Shown piece after piece: positions 10,922 to 20,128 of a stretch of DNA of 64,000 nt. The position numbers and the translations under genes are program-made. How positions within the stretch are numbered: position 1 is the stretch's first letter; each line of letters starts with the position of its first letter. The notes beneath the pieces were generated by a model. It had not been told where the DNA came from. It did no database searches and worked only from the letters and a program-made list of their open reading frames with translations. The DNA lies in IMG/VR virus record IMGVR_UViG_3300048065_001187, positions 86,767 to 150,766 of that record; one strand, given 5' to 3'. Source of the stretch: a virus.

Positions 10922-11782
10922 ATGGATAGAATATTTAAATATAATAAAATTAATATAGGTGGCTCTTTACTTTATACAGATGCTGATGGAAATTTTTTGA
11001 TAGAAAATGATGCTGGAGAAATTATTTTTAATAGTAGCTCTAAAGTTTGGGAACCAAATAGGTTTTTAGATTTAGCTTGTTGGTATGATGCTTCGGATAT
11101 TGCTAGTATTACTGAATCATCTAATGTGGTTTCTCAAGTTAATGATAAATCAGGCAACGGATTTCATTTAAATGTAACAACTGCAGGCAAGAATGGGCCC
11201 AAAACAGGTATAGAAACACTAAATGGATTAAATGTTTTATCATGGGATTCAGTCGATCAGATTCTTGAAAACGATTCTTTTTCATTTGACCAAAACTCTG
11301 AACCATTATACCTGTCAGCTATTTTCAGATGCAATCAAGACAATGCTCAGGATTTTATTATTGCAGGAACAGAAAGCACAACGGCTGGACAAAGGATGGG
11401 TTTAAGAAGAATTTCGCCTGATGATTCATTGCAAATACTTGGCGGTAGTGGCGGGGGTGCAAACATTGCATTCGGTTCAGGTGCTGATACTGCTCCAGAA
11501 GGTCAAGATATTTTATTTATTATAAAATTCAACTCAACTAATTCTTACATTAGTATCAATGGAGAGATAAAAGCTCAAGGAAATATTGGTACGAACTCTT
11601 TTTCTTCATTAAATATTGGTGGCAATGAATTAGAGTCAAGCAACATGAAAGGTTATATCGCCGAATTAATTCTCTCACGAGGAGACTTTAAAACTGTAGA
11701 GACAGAAGGCTATCTTGCTCACAAATGGGGCTTAACTGCAAATTTACCGAATAATCATATATACAAATATAACAGGCCCTAA
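10922..11782 (+). CDS. LamG/concanavalin-like domain virion protein
   Basis: WYDASD...VNDKSGNGFHL, GYIAELI and EGYLAHKWGL motifs typical of phage LamG-like proteins. Confidence 0.7.
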   Translation: MDRIFKYNKINIGGSLLYTDADGNFLIENDAGEIIFNSSSKVWEPNRFLDLACWYDASDIASITESSNVVSQVNDKSGNGFHLNVTTAGKNGPKTGIETLNGLNVLSWDSVDQILENDSFSFDQNSEPLYLSAIFRCNQDNAQDFIIAGTESTTAGQRMGLRRISPDDSLQILGGSGGGANIAFGSGADTAPEGQDILFIIKFNSTNSYISINGEIKAQGNIGTNSFSSLNIGGNELESSNMKGYIAELILSRGDFKTVETEGYLAHKWGLTANLPNNHIYKYNRP

Positions 11783-11787
11783 ATTAA

Positions 11788-11805
11788 GTGTAACAGTATA
11801 AAGAG
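11788..11805 (+). promoter_or_regulatory. GTGTA-type putative late promoter
   Basis: GTGTAACAGTATA, GTGTA 13 nt before ATG 11806. Confidence 0.5.
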
Positions 11806-14628
11806 ATGAAAAATATCAAGAAAGTTAGCAAGTTGCCATTAGTAGTAGAGCCTAATACAATTTATTATAGTAGATTAACTCGTGAAATTATTTTAACTAC
11901 CAGCAGAGGAAAAGAAAAATTCCAAGCATTATACTTGCCAAAAGATGTTGATGCATTTAGTGTTGCTAAACATTATCCTTTGTATGCTACAGAAGCTTTA
12001 GCTAAAGCTAACTCTCCAACAGGTAGTGTTGTTGCTTATGGAGAAGCTGAATTAGGACCAGCTCCAGCAGGAATAACTTATCCAGTTTATATGCCAGCAG
12101 GATTATCTGTTAAATATTTAGGAGATTATGTCGATCCCGCTGGTGACGATGATGGAGATGGAGTTCTTAATTTCAGAGACCCTGATTTTGTTGGCCTTGA
12201 TGCATTGATTGATGCAGGATATAAAGGTATTGATCCATATACTACTCCGAATAATGTTACTTTAAACGTAAAAGACTACTTAGATAACCCAGATTCTGGT
12301 ACCTATAATGATACCGAGTCTGACATCGTAGTTTCTGTAGCTGTACGCGGTCTCATGATTGGCCCAAATGGAGAAAAGAAATTCTTTTTTGGCCCAGGTG
12401 CGGCTATTATACCTCCAGGCTATGTGCTTTTTCAAGATCAAGGAGCAACAGGCAGTCCTTTGCCTGCTCCAGTTCCAGCATATACAGGAGACCCATTTCT
12501 TACACAAGGATTGACACCCTCTTCGCTTTCTTCGGCTAATTATAATGGGACTGATCCATTCACTACTTCTAATAATGTAGATATAAACATTAAAGATTAC
12601 CTTTCCAATCCTAGCGGCGGTTCTTTAAATGACACTGGGTCTGAAGTTGTTGTTTCGGTTCAAAATTCAGGTATTATTGTTGGGCCAAACGGAGAAATAA
12701 AAGTTTTCTTGGGTGCGGGTGCTGCTGTAGTGCCAGACGGTTGGGTTCTTTTTGAAGACATTGGGTCAACGGATTCTCCTTTGCCAGAGCCCTCGCCAGC
12801 ATACACAGGCGACCCATTTTCTACTACAGGTGGAAATGTTGATATAACTGATTATATACAAAACCCAGATAAAGGCTCACATAATAGCACAGGTGGTCCA
12901 ATAGAAATCCATAGCTTGCAGTCAGGAGTGATTGTTTGTGATGATGGTTCAGTCACATTAGTTCCTCCTGGAATTATCACATTAAATGATTCCTGCACAT
13001 TTTTTAAGGATACAGGTAATACTGGATACCCTCTACCAGATTTAACTCCAGCATATACAGCTGACCCGATTACAGTAAACAGTCAAGATATCAATGTCAA
13101 AGATTATCTAAATGATCCAAATTCTGGCTATAAAAATACTACGGGTTTGCCAGTAGATATTAAGATCAACACAAAATCTATTGTTATCAAACCAGATGGT
13201 ACGGTTGTGACTTACAATCCACCAGCAGTTATCACCTTAGGGGTAGATGATATTTTAATTAGTGATAAAGAAGATAAACTATCTAAAGTTAGTGTTGAAG
13301 TTAACATAGAAGACTATCTTGACCAGCCAAGTTCTGGTTCAGCCAACACTACTGGCACAGACATCACAATAAACACAACAAGACCAGGTATTCTGGTTGG
13401 CCCTAATGGTGAAATTAAATACTTTTTGCCGGGCGACATTACTATACCAAAAGGTTGGGTAATATTTGAAGAGCTTTCAGGGAAAACCACACCTTTACCT
13501 TGGTCTGGTTACACAGGAGAAGATCCGTTTACGACTAGTCAGGGTGTTGATGTTAACATTAAAGATCATTTAGAAAATCCTGACGGGGGCTCAATTAATA
13601 ATACAAGTCAAGACATTGAAATTGATGTTACTGAAAAGTGCATACTTGTCTTGCCTGACGGTACAGTAACGGAAGTTGGCCCCGGAGTTATAACCATGAC
13701 ACCAGGCTCTGTTCTTTTCTCAGAAGAATCTAAGTTGGTTAAAAAAGCAGTTTCTGTAGGTCTGATAGACCCTCCTCTTCCACCGTCTGCGACACTAGCT
13801 ACTTCCAAACAATGGTTTGAGATTTCAAATGGAGACTTGATTTTGCGCACGGCGGTTTACGATTCGAGTGATCCTGCAGTAAGATTATGGGAAGGTAATG
13901 TTGAGGGCGATTATGTTCCTCTTGATGTGTCTGTGAGTTCTACCACTGACGATGCTCAATATTTTGAAATCACTACTGACGGTGATGTTACTCCACGATC
14001 TTCAAATACAACTCTTTCCGAAAGTCCTGCAGAAGTGACCGCAAGCAATGATACTCAACAAACCGCACCGGCTTCTCCCTCAAAAGGAACAGCGTATTAT
14101 GTTTATGGTGACGACGGAACCAATGGAGAAGGATATTATTATCCTGTTTATTTAGCTGATACAGGTTTATCTTCATACCATACTCATAGTATAGGTGGCG
14201 TAACTTACTATATGGAAGATTCAGATTCCAACCATGCGGAACCTTCAATACCTGCAAATAATACATTACCAATTGCCCCAAATACTTCACTTCCAGTTCC
14301 TCCTAAATTTAATGTGGGTGATACAACAACATATTATGCAGTAACTGTGTATATTACAGAAGCAATCAATAGTGAAGGTAAATATGGCATATCTTATAGT
14401 TCAGCAACTTCATCTACTGATAGTTACATATCGGAGTCACTGCTTGCAACTAATATTTCTGGTAATCCTATCACTGGAAGCTGGACACCTTTGTATTCTG
14501 TGGGAGATACCCTAACCTTAAATGGCAATTCAGTCACAATTAGCAGTTTAAAAACAAACTATTTATATGATGTGACAGATTCTTCAGGAAATACTATTTC
14601 AGATGTTCATGAAACATTACTTTCGTAA
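11806..14628 (+). CDS. Repeat-containing virion/adhesin protein
   Basis: About six repeats of (I/V)xD(Y/H)LxNPxxGxxNxT...GPNGE...PxGxVLF. Ca-binding-like DDDGDGVLNFRDPD motif. Confidence 0.6.
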   Translation: MKNIKKVSKLPLVVEPNTIYYSRLTREIILTTSRGKEKFQALYLPKDVDAFSVAKHYPLYATEALAKANSPTGSVVAYGEAELGPAPAGITYPVYMPAGLSVKYLGDYVDPAGDDDGDGVLNFRDPDFVGLDALIDAGYKGIDPYTTPNNVTLNVKDYLDNPDSGTYNDTESDIVVSVAVRGLMIGPNGEKKFFFGPGAAIIPPGYVLFQDQGATGSPLPAPVPAYTGDPFLTQGLTPSSLSSANYNGTDPFTTSNNVDINIKDYLSNPSGGSLNDTGSEVVVSVQNSGIIVGPNGEIKVFLGAGAAVVPDGWVLFEDIGSTDSPLPEPSPAYTGDPFSTTGGNVDITDYIQNPDKGSHNSTGGPIEIHSLQSGVIVCDDGSVTLVPPGIITLNDSCTFFKDTGNTGYPLPDLTPAYTADPITVNSQDINVKDYLNDPNSGYKNTTGLPVDIKINTKSIVIKPDGTVVTYNPPAVITLGVDDILISDKEDKLSKVSVEVNIEDYLDQPSSGSANTTGTDITINTTRPGILVGPNGEIKYFLPGDITIPKGWVIFEELSGKTTPLPWSGYTGEDPFTTSQGVDVNIKDHLENPDGGSINNTSQDIEIDVTEKCILVLPDGTVTEVGPGVITMTPGSVLFSEESKLVKKAVSVGLIDPPLPPSATLATSKQWFEISNGDLILRTAVYDSSDPAVRLWEGNVEGDYVPLDVSVSSTTDDAQYFEITTDGDVTPRSSNTTLSESPAEVTASNDTQQTAPASPSKGTAYYVYGDDGTNGEGYYYPVYLADTGLSSYHTHSIGGVTYYMEDSDSNHAEPSIPANNTLPIAPNTSLPVPPKFNVGDTTTYYAVTVYITEAINSEGKYGISYSSATSSTDSYISESLLATNISGNPITGSWTPLYSVGDTLTLNGNSVTISSLKTNYLYDVTDSSGNTISDVHETLLS

Positions 14629-14643
14629 AAAATATAAAAATTT

Positions 14644-14670
14644 GTGTATACTTTATAAAGAGGAAAAAAT
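14644..14670 (+). promoter_or_regulatory. GTGTA-type putative late promoter with GAGG RBS
   Basis: GTGTATACTTTATAAAGAGG before ATG 14671. Confidence 0.5.
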
Positions 14671-15795
14671 ATGGCAACTAAAAACTTAATACCAAGATCA
14701 GACGGAGAAGGAGGAATCGGAAAACCAGGTGTTGCTTGGGGATCTGGAGTATTCAAGACTGGATCATTCCAAGAACTTACCGTACAAGGAAATGCTGTTT
14801 CAACAGGTAGCTTTACAGAATTAAATGATTTGAGCACCGCTGTCACATGGGCAAATGTTCCTGACGCTAATATCACAGAGAGTTCCGTCACTCAACACTC
14901 CGGGGCACTATCGATTGAATCTTCTCAGGTTAGTGATTTATCTTCTCAGGGATTTCTAACACTTCAGGATTCAGGCTCACTCGATATCGGAGCAGATCAA
15001 ATTGATTTTAATAGTAGTCTTATACCTGACACAAATGCGGCATACGATTTAGGTTCTGCAGAGAAAAAGATTAGACATTTATATTTAAGCGATAATTCTT
15101 TAAAGCTTGGAGATGTAAGCATATCTATAGATGCACAAGGTGACGTATCTATTCCTGCTGGAATTAAAGTGGGAGCTGCCTCAATAAAAGCAGACCCTAA
15201 TAATCCAGAAGTTGTATCTTTTAATAAAGTACCTAAAGTTTTAGACAGCGAAGGCAACCCTGTTACAATCTTAACCGCCGACAAATTAGGCCTTGGAACT
15301 TCTGCAGTTCTAAGCGGTACATCTCAGGATATTCAATTCAAATTGTTGACTGATGAAAATCGATTTGTGGTAGGAACCACGGGAGAAGGCGGGCTAGCTT
15401 CTGGTTGGTATCGTTTCAATGATTTTAATGTTAAAGGTGCCACCGATGTCGGGGCTCATACTTTAAACCCAGTAGATACTAGAATTTATTCTGATAGTGA
15501 TTCTTTTGTTTATATGACACGGGATGCATATGGCAACAGAGTAGCGCATTTAGTTGGTGGTGACGAGCAAGTTTCTCCTGCTAATAATATTGCTCTGGGA
15601 TTAGCTATCAAGATTGACAGTTCCGACACTCCTGAAGATATTGAATTTACACATACTGATGGAGAGCAATACTCTTTAGTTAATGGAGATAGTGACAGCA
15701 AAGGCGTTAACGGATTACCAATTAGACAAGGCTTTCAAGCTGCATCGATAGGTGCATACGCTCAACCATTACTCATTGACGGAGGGTATTTCTAA
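14671..15795 (+). CDS. Tail fibre/adaptor protein
   Basis: NLIPRSDGEGGIG and LIPDTNAAYDLGSAEKKIRHLYLS fibre motifs. TAATG-coupled to the next gene. Confidence 0.65.
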   Translation: MATKNLIPRSDGEGGIGKPGVAWGSGVFKTGSFQELTVQGNAVSTGSFTELNDLSTAVTWANVPDANITESSVTQHSGALSIESSQVSDLSSQGFLTLQDSGSLDIGADQIDFNSSLIPDTNAAYDLGSAEKKIRHLYLSDNSLKLGDVSISIDAQGDVSIPAGIKVGAASIKADPNNPEVVSFNKVPKVLDSEGNPVTILTADKLGLGTSAVLSGTSQDIQFKLLTDENRFVVGTTGEGGLASGWYRFNDFNVKGATDVGAHTLNPVDTRIYSDSDSFVYMTRDAYGNRVAHLVGGDEQVSPANNIALGLAIKIDSSDTPEDIEFTHTDGEQYSLVNGDSDSKGVNGLPIRQGFQAASIGAYAQPLLIDGGYF

Positions 15796-18700
15796 TGGCA
15801 ACAGTATATTTAAAAAAAGTTAGCTCAAGTTCTAGATCCGAATGGGTATCTGGAACCTCTTATGTAGTAGGTGATAGAGTATGGATTGAAGATTCTTCAC
15901 TTGTCGTTAGTTACACCAACGTGTATGGTGACCAGAATAAAAATGCCATACGTACGTATGTATGTATAAAAGACACATCTTCAGCAACTTCTCCGTTAAG
16001 TAACACAACTGACTGGACAGAGGCGGGAACAAAAGAATATCCATATCATTCGGTAGGTGGAAATCTTACAGATTCCAGCATAAGTCCTGAGTCTTATCTT
16101 GAATCTACAAATGATAGAGCTCATAGTGATTTACATTATGGTTCGCTTTTCCATCATCTTAAGCGTGGAGAATCTGGATATTCATTGGGTAAATTAATTA
16201 TTCTCGCAGACGAAGAAAATCCTTTATTTATAGCGACCACAGCACTTACTTTTAATCAATTTGAAGTAGAGCCTGATCATTCAATCAAGAGAGTCAGGAT
16301 TCATATGAACGATGCAAGTATCGGATCGAATGTCGGCCATAATGATCCCGATAGTACTTTTGGCAGGGCAAAAAAATGCGATTTTTATTATTCAGGCAAC
16401 TTGCCCGCGAACAATTTTATAGGCGGGATATACAACAATCTGAATAAAATTGAATTTGATGAATGTTATTTTGGGGAAGCAACAAGGATCGGACTGTCAC
16501 CTATTAATAATCCTCAGATTAATATGGGTACGCGTAACTTTTTAGGACTTAATCGTTGCACTATTGATTTCCCTAATTTCAACACAGACTATATAACCTG
16601 GGATGCCCAGAATCACTCTAATGGGGTTTCTTCTTATATCAAAAATTCTACTATACGTTTTAAATCAGTTACTTCATCTTATAATATTTTGGTCTATACT
16701 TCCGTGATAGATATCGAAAATTCTATTTTTTATGCAAGTGAGCTACAACAAGATATATTCGGTTTCTCGAGTACGCAAGCTTATGCTGCAACTTCTGTGA
16801 AAAATTTTGTTGCTTACTTCAGGGATGAAGGAGCCTTTACATTTGATGAAAATGCAGGGGCATTTACTGGTACCGTTACTAAAATAGACCCTCTTTTTGT
16901 AGATGATTCAGGGGACTATCGCCTTCGTCCAAACTCTCCATTGATTGGGGGCTTTGAAACTTCAGCACGATCTAAACTAGAATCTCAATATCCTGATGGA
17001 AAGTGGTTTGATTCTAATGCGGCGGCTGGAGGCGATGGAAGTTGGGAAACCCCATATCATAGTTTATTTGATACTATTGATTCTTTTTCGGGAGTCAATA
17101 CGGCTACCGTATTAGTCAAGGAGGGCGACCACCCAATGTATCAAGGCTGGGATAACAGTATATCTGGTACACCAGCTCAAGTACACTCTAAAATTGAAAT
17201 TATTGGGATAAATAGTAATGTTCGATTTACCTCTGAAAATAATCTTAATAGCTATGTACAATTTTTTACTGGTGGCGGAACCTTTAATGATACAGAATTT
17301 TTCTATAAGAATATAGATTTTCATATAAACAATACCTCTAGTTATCTTAATCGAGGAGTGATATTCAATCCTAAAAGAAATAAATTATCACTACATCAAT
17401 GTAAAGTTAGCCAATCAAGCACGGGAGAAATAATGTCTGATTCAGTATTTTATCAAGCAGGAACCGATGCAGGCAATCCAGCAGAGATAGAATTGATTGG
17501 ACTCGAATACATAGCTGTCACTTGGAGGCCAAGCCATGTCGAAGGCTCTGCAATATTTAATACTGACTGTAAAGTTATAGCTAAAAATTGTACATTTTTA
17601 GAGCCAGAACGATCAATGCTACGAACAAATCATTCAGTGGTTAAAAGTATTTTTTTAGGCAAGCCACATAATCAATCGATTTTTGAAAATTGTATATTTA
17701 GAAGTGACATTGAGTATGGTACAGGAGGTTATGGTTCAAGGCAATTTTTTAGCCCTCAAGCTAATTTTTATAGCGGAATAAACTCAAACCTTGGTTTGTT
17801 TAAAAACTGTTCAATTTCTTCTAAATATGGCTCTTTTACTGATAATGCTAATTTTGATTTTAGATTATATAATCACCAAGAAAATTGCTCGTATGAAGAT
17901 CCTAAGTTTGTGAATGCAGCTCTTGGTTCAGAAGATATCAGATTGCAATCAAGTTCTCCATTGATTGGCGGAATTGCTGGCAATTCTTCCGAAGAAAAAT
18001 TGATAAAACAAGCTGAAGGGGAAAATAAAAGTTATATATTTTTTGATCCTAATGCTTCTGGTACAGGTGATGGCCTTTCCCTAGTAAATGCATGCACCGA
18101 TCTTCTTCGGGCTGTAGATTTATCAGATTCTGGCGGATATGTTTTTGTTGCGGATATGGATTTTTCTTTTAACGGCACTTTCACGGTACTTAAACCTATT
18201 ATATTTCAAGCCTTAAACCCTGGAAAAGCTACATGGAGACAAGTAGCCAGTAATGGTATTTTTTACCTTTATCCAGCTGCATCCCAGCAGAGTATTTGGA
18301 GGTCTGCGGTTGTAGATGAAGGCAACAGTTACACATCAGATACATTTAAAATTCATACTAGTAATTTACCAAACAGAGAGGGTAGTGTGCTAGGCTTTAA
18401 AATACTTGATTCATTCAATGATCCGGTTGAGATAATAAATCATACATATGTGGACAGTTGGCACTATATAACCCTTGAACGAGAGGCAGACTTAAGTGCT
18501 CACATGGTTGGTAATCAGTACATGCATATTCACAATGCATCTTCTTCGGATTATGGATTCAGGGACATGAATCTTATTGATTTCAACACTGATAACAATG
18601 CAAATGGTAGTGGAATTACGGTAATGACGCTTTCGTATGGCTTTGGACCTCTCCCGCTTGGAACTTTCATTTTTGAACGTAATAAATTATTACAAAATTC

Positions 18701-19163
18701 AAATTCAAGCATAGTTTCTAATTCAAAAACTGGGATCTGTTTAAGAAATGGTGGTGCTTTTACTCCGAAGTTCCTTGTGAAATCAAACAGTTTTTCACAA
18801 ACAAATTATCGAGACAATATCACAAACTATGTGAAGCCAATTTTCATTACTAGCACATACATTGCTTCTAATGGAATCGTTGAAAATAATTCTTTTTACT
18901 ACAACCACAATTTAGATGCTGCGGGTTATATCCATCTTGGCGGGACACAACCCGAATCTTTCAAAAATAATTTATTTGTTTACGTTAACTCTGAAAACCC
19001 AAATCAAACCAGCACCCAGAGTTATGACATAAATAATATTAATGGGAATTATTTTTATAACGCTCCCAACATTGCAGCAAACTCTTTAAATGTTATGCCT
19101 TTTATTGATCCTGAAGGTGGAGATTTTAGAATCAGGCCAAATTCTAATATTATAGGTGCTTAA
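15795..19163 (+). CDS. Putative tailspike/depolymerase: CBM5/12-like N-terminus plus three parallel beta-helix modules
   Basis: WVSGTSYVVGDRV...YVC motif, FDxNAxxxGDGx(S/L) module starts, and three (D)P-F(V/I)...D(Y/I/F)R(L/I)xxxSx(L/I)IG module ends. Confidence 0.65.
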   Translation: MATVYLKKVSSSSRSEWVSGTSYVVGDRVWIEDSSLVVSYTNVYGDQNKNAIRTYVCIKDTSSATSPLSNTTDWTEAGTKEYPYHSVGGNLTDSSISPESYLESTNDRAHSDLHYGSLFHHLKRGESGYSLGKLIILADEENPLFIATTALTFNQFEVEPDHSIKRVRIHMNDASIGSNVGHNDPDSTFGRAKKCDFYYSGNLPANNFIGGIYNNLNKIEFDECYFGEATRIGLSPINNPQINMGTRNFLGLNRCTIDFPNFNTDYITWDAQNHSNGVSSYIKNSTIRFKSVTSSYNILVYTSVIDIENSIFYASELQQDIFGFSSTQAYAATSVKNFVAYFRDEGAFTFDENAGAFTGTVTKIDPLFVDDSGDYRLRPNSPLIGGFETSARSKLESQYPDGKWFDSNAAAGGDGSWETPYHSLFDTIDSFSGVNTATVLVKEGDHPMYQGWDNSISGTPAQVHSKIEIIGINSNVRFTSENNLNSYVQFFTGGGTFNDTEFFYKNIDFHINNTSSYLNRGVIFNPKRNKLSLHQCKVSQSSTGEIMSDSVFYQAGTDAGNPAEIELIGLEYIAVTWRPSHVEGSAIFNTDCKVIAKNCTFLEPERSMLRTNHSVVKSIFLGKPHNQSIFENCIFRSDIEYGTGGYGSRQFFSPQANFYSGINSNLGLFKNCSISSKYGSFTDNANFDFRLYNHQENCSYEDPKFVNAALGSEDIRLQSSSPLIGGIAGNSSEEKLIKQAEGENKSYIFFDPNASGTGDGLSLVNACTDLLRAVDLSDSGGYVFVADMDFSFNGTFTVLKPIIFQALNPGKATWRQVASNGIFYLYPAASQQSIWRSAVVDEGNSYTSDTFKIHTSNLPNREGSVLGFKILDSFNDPVEIINHTYVDSWHYITLEREADLSAHMVGNQYMHIHNASSSDYGFRDMNLIDFNTDNNANGSGITVMTLSYGFGPLPLGTFIFERNKLLQNSNSSIVSNSKTGICLRNGGAFTPKFLVKSNSFSQTNYRDNITNYVKPIFITSTYIASNGIVENNSFYYNHNLDAAGYIHLGGTQPESFKNNLFVYVNSENPNQTSTQSYDINNINGNYFYNAPNIAANSLNVMPFIDPEGGDFRIRPNSNIIGA

Positions 19164-19187
19164 AGTTAAGTCTATTAATATTTTTTA

Positions 19188-19216
19188 TTGACAAACTATT
19201 TTTTTTGTGCTATATT
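19188..19216 (+). promoter_or_regulatory. sigma70-type promoter, leaderless spacing
   Basis: TTGACA-N17-TATATT with ATG 7 nt downstream (19224). Confidence 0.75.
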
Positions 19217-19223
19217 TTATAGC

Positions 19224-19763
19224 ATGTCAAATTTATTATACAAAACTAGAACTTATTTAGTTGGCCATATGCAATATCTTAGTGGTCGAGATTGGCGTAA
19301 AGAAGTCACAGATAAACTTAATCGCCTTGAAATAACCTGCTTCAATCCATACGAAAAACCATTCATAAAAGATGTCGAAGAAGATGAAGCTTCGCGTCAA
19401 GAAATGGAAACATGGATGAAAACTAAGCAGTATGATCGCGTAACTGAAAAAATGAAAACAGTACGATCTTACGATCTGAATCTCGTTGATCGTAGTGATT
19501 TTATTGTAGCTCATTTAGTTCCTGATGTTGCTAGCTGGGGGAGTGCCGAAGAAATCGTTACTGCTGTACGCATGAAAAAACCTATTTTTATCAGCATGGA
19601 AGGCGGTAAATCAAAAACACCTCTTTGGATGCTAGGAATGTTGCCCCATAAATTTATTTATAATAATCTTGACGAAGTCATAGAAATGTTGTATGCTATA
19701 GATAATGGCAGTAAACCAATTGATTCAGATAGATGGAGACTCTTAAGAAAGGAATATAGATAA
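19224..19763 (+). CDS. Nucleoside 2-deoxyribosyltransferase-like / nucleotide N-hydrolase
   Basis: YLVGHM, FNPY, DLNLVDRSD and GSAEEI (catalytic Glu) motifs. Start moved to the ATG because the track's TTG lies in the -35 box. Confidence 0.7.
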   Translation: MSNLLYKTRTYLVGHMQYLSGRDWRKEVTDKLNRLEITCFNPYEKPFIKDVEEDEASRQEMETWMKTKQYDRVTEKMKTVRSYDLNLVDRSDFIVAHLVPDVASWGSAEEIVTAVRMKKPIFISMEGGKSKTPLWMLGMLPHKFIYNNLDEVIEMLYAIDNGSKPIDSDRWRLLRKEYR

Positions 19764-19840
19764 TGGAAATGACTTTATTTTTAATTTTTGTGTTCGGATA
19801 TATACTTTGCAAAAAAGGTGGAGACCTAAGAAAGTTTTAA
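19763..19840 (+). CDS. 25-aa membrane micropeptide
   Basis: MEMTLFLIFVFGYILCKKGGDLRKF, TAATG-coupled to the upstream gene. Confidence 0.5.
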   Translation: MEMTLFLIFVFGYILCKKGGDLRKF

Positions 19841-19876
19841 TTTAAATTTTAGTAACTAACATTAACATATAATATT

Positions 19877-20128
19877 ATGTCAGATAAAAAAGAAAATACA
19901 GAGTGGAATGATCGCGAGATCGGTGCATTATGGGTAAACGTAAAGCAAGGCAGTAATGACAAGTACCTAACGGGGCAAGTCAATGGAGAAAAGGTCATCA
20001 TGTTTAAAAACAAGTACAAGGATGATAATCCTAAGGCTCCAGATTTCCGTATGTACAAGCAAAAAGATCAAGAAGGAGCTACCAAGTCTGCTCAAAAACA
20101 AGAAGAACCTGAAGTAGATCTTATCTAA
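19877..20128 (+). CDS. DUF736-like small protein
   Basis: EIGALW...YLTG...KAPDFR motif and acidic tail. Confidence 0.6.
   Translation: MSDKKENTEWNDREIGALWVNVKQGSNDKYLTGQVNGEKVIMFKNKYKDDNPKAPDFRMYKQKDQEGATKSAQKQEEPEVDLI

Noticed and set aside
768-17324. Numerous antisense and alternate-frame ORFs within clpC and the fibre genes (e.g. 2788..3378 -)
   Set aside because: Shadow ORFs from codon bias, with no motifs or start signals.
2405-19163. Diversity-generating retroelement or invertible tail-fibre cassette
   Set aside because: No reverse transcriptase, TR/VR pair, invertase or flanking inverted repeats were seen in the window.
19188-19223. TTG starts at 19188, 30189 and 43741 given by the ORF track
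   Set aside because: The TTG is part of a -35 box (TTGACA/TTGATC). Downstream ATGs fit better.
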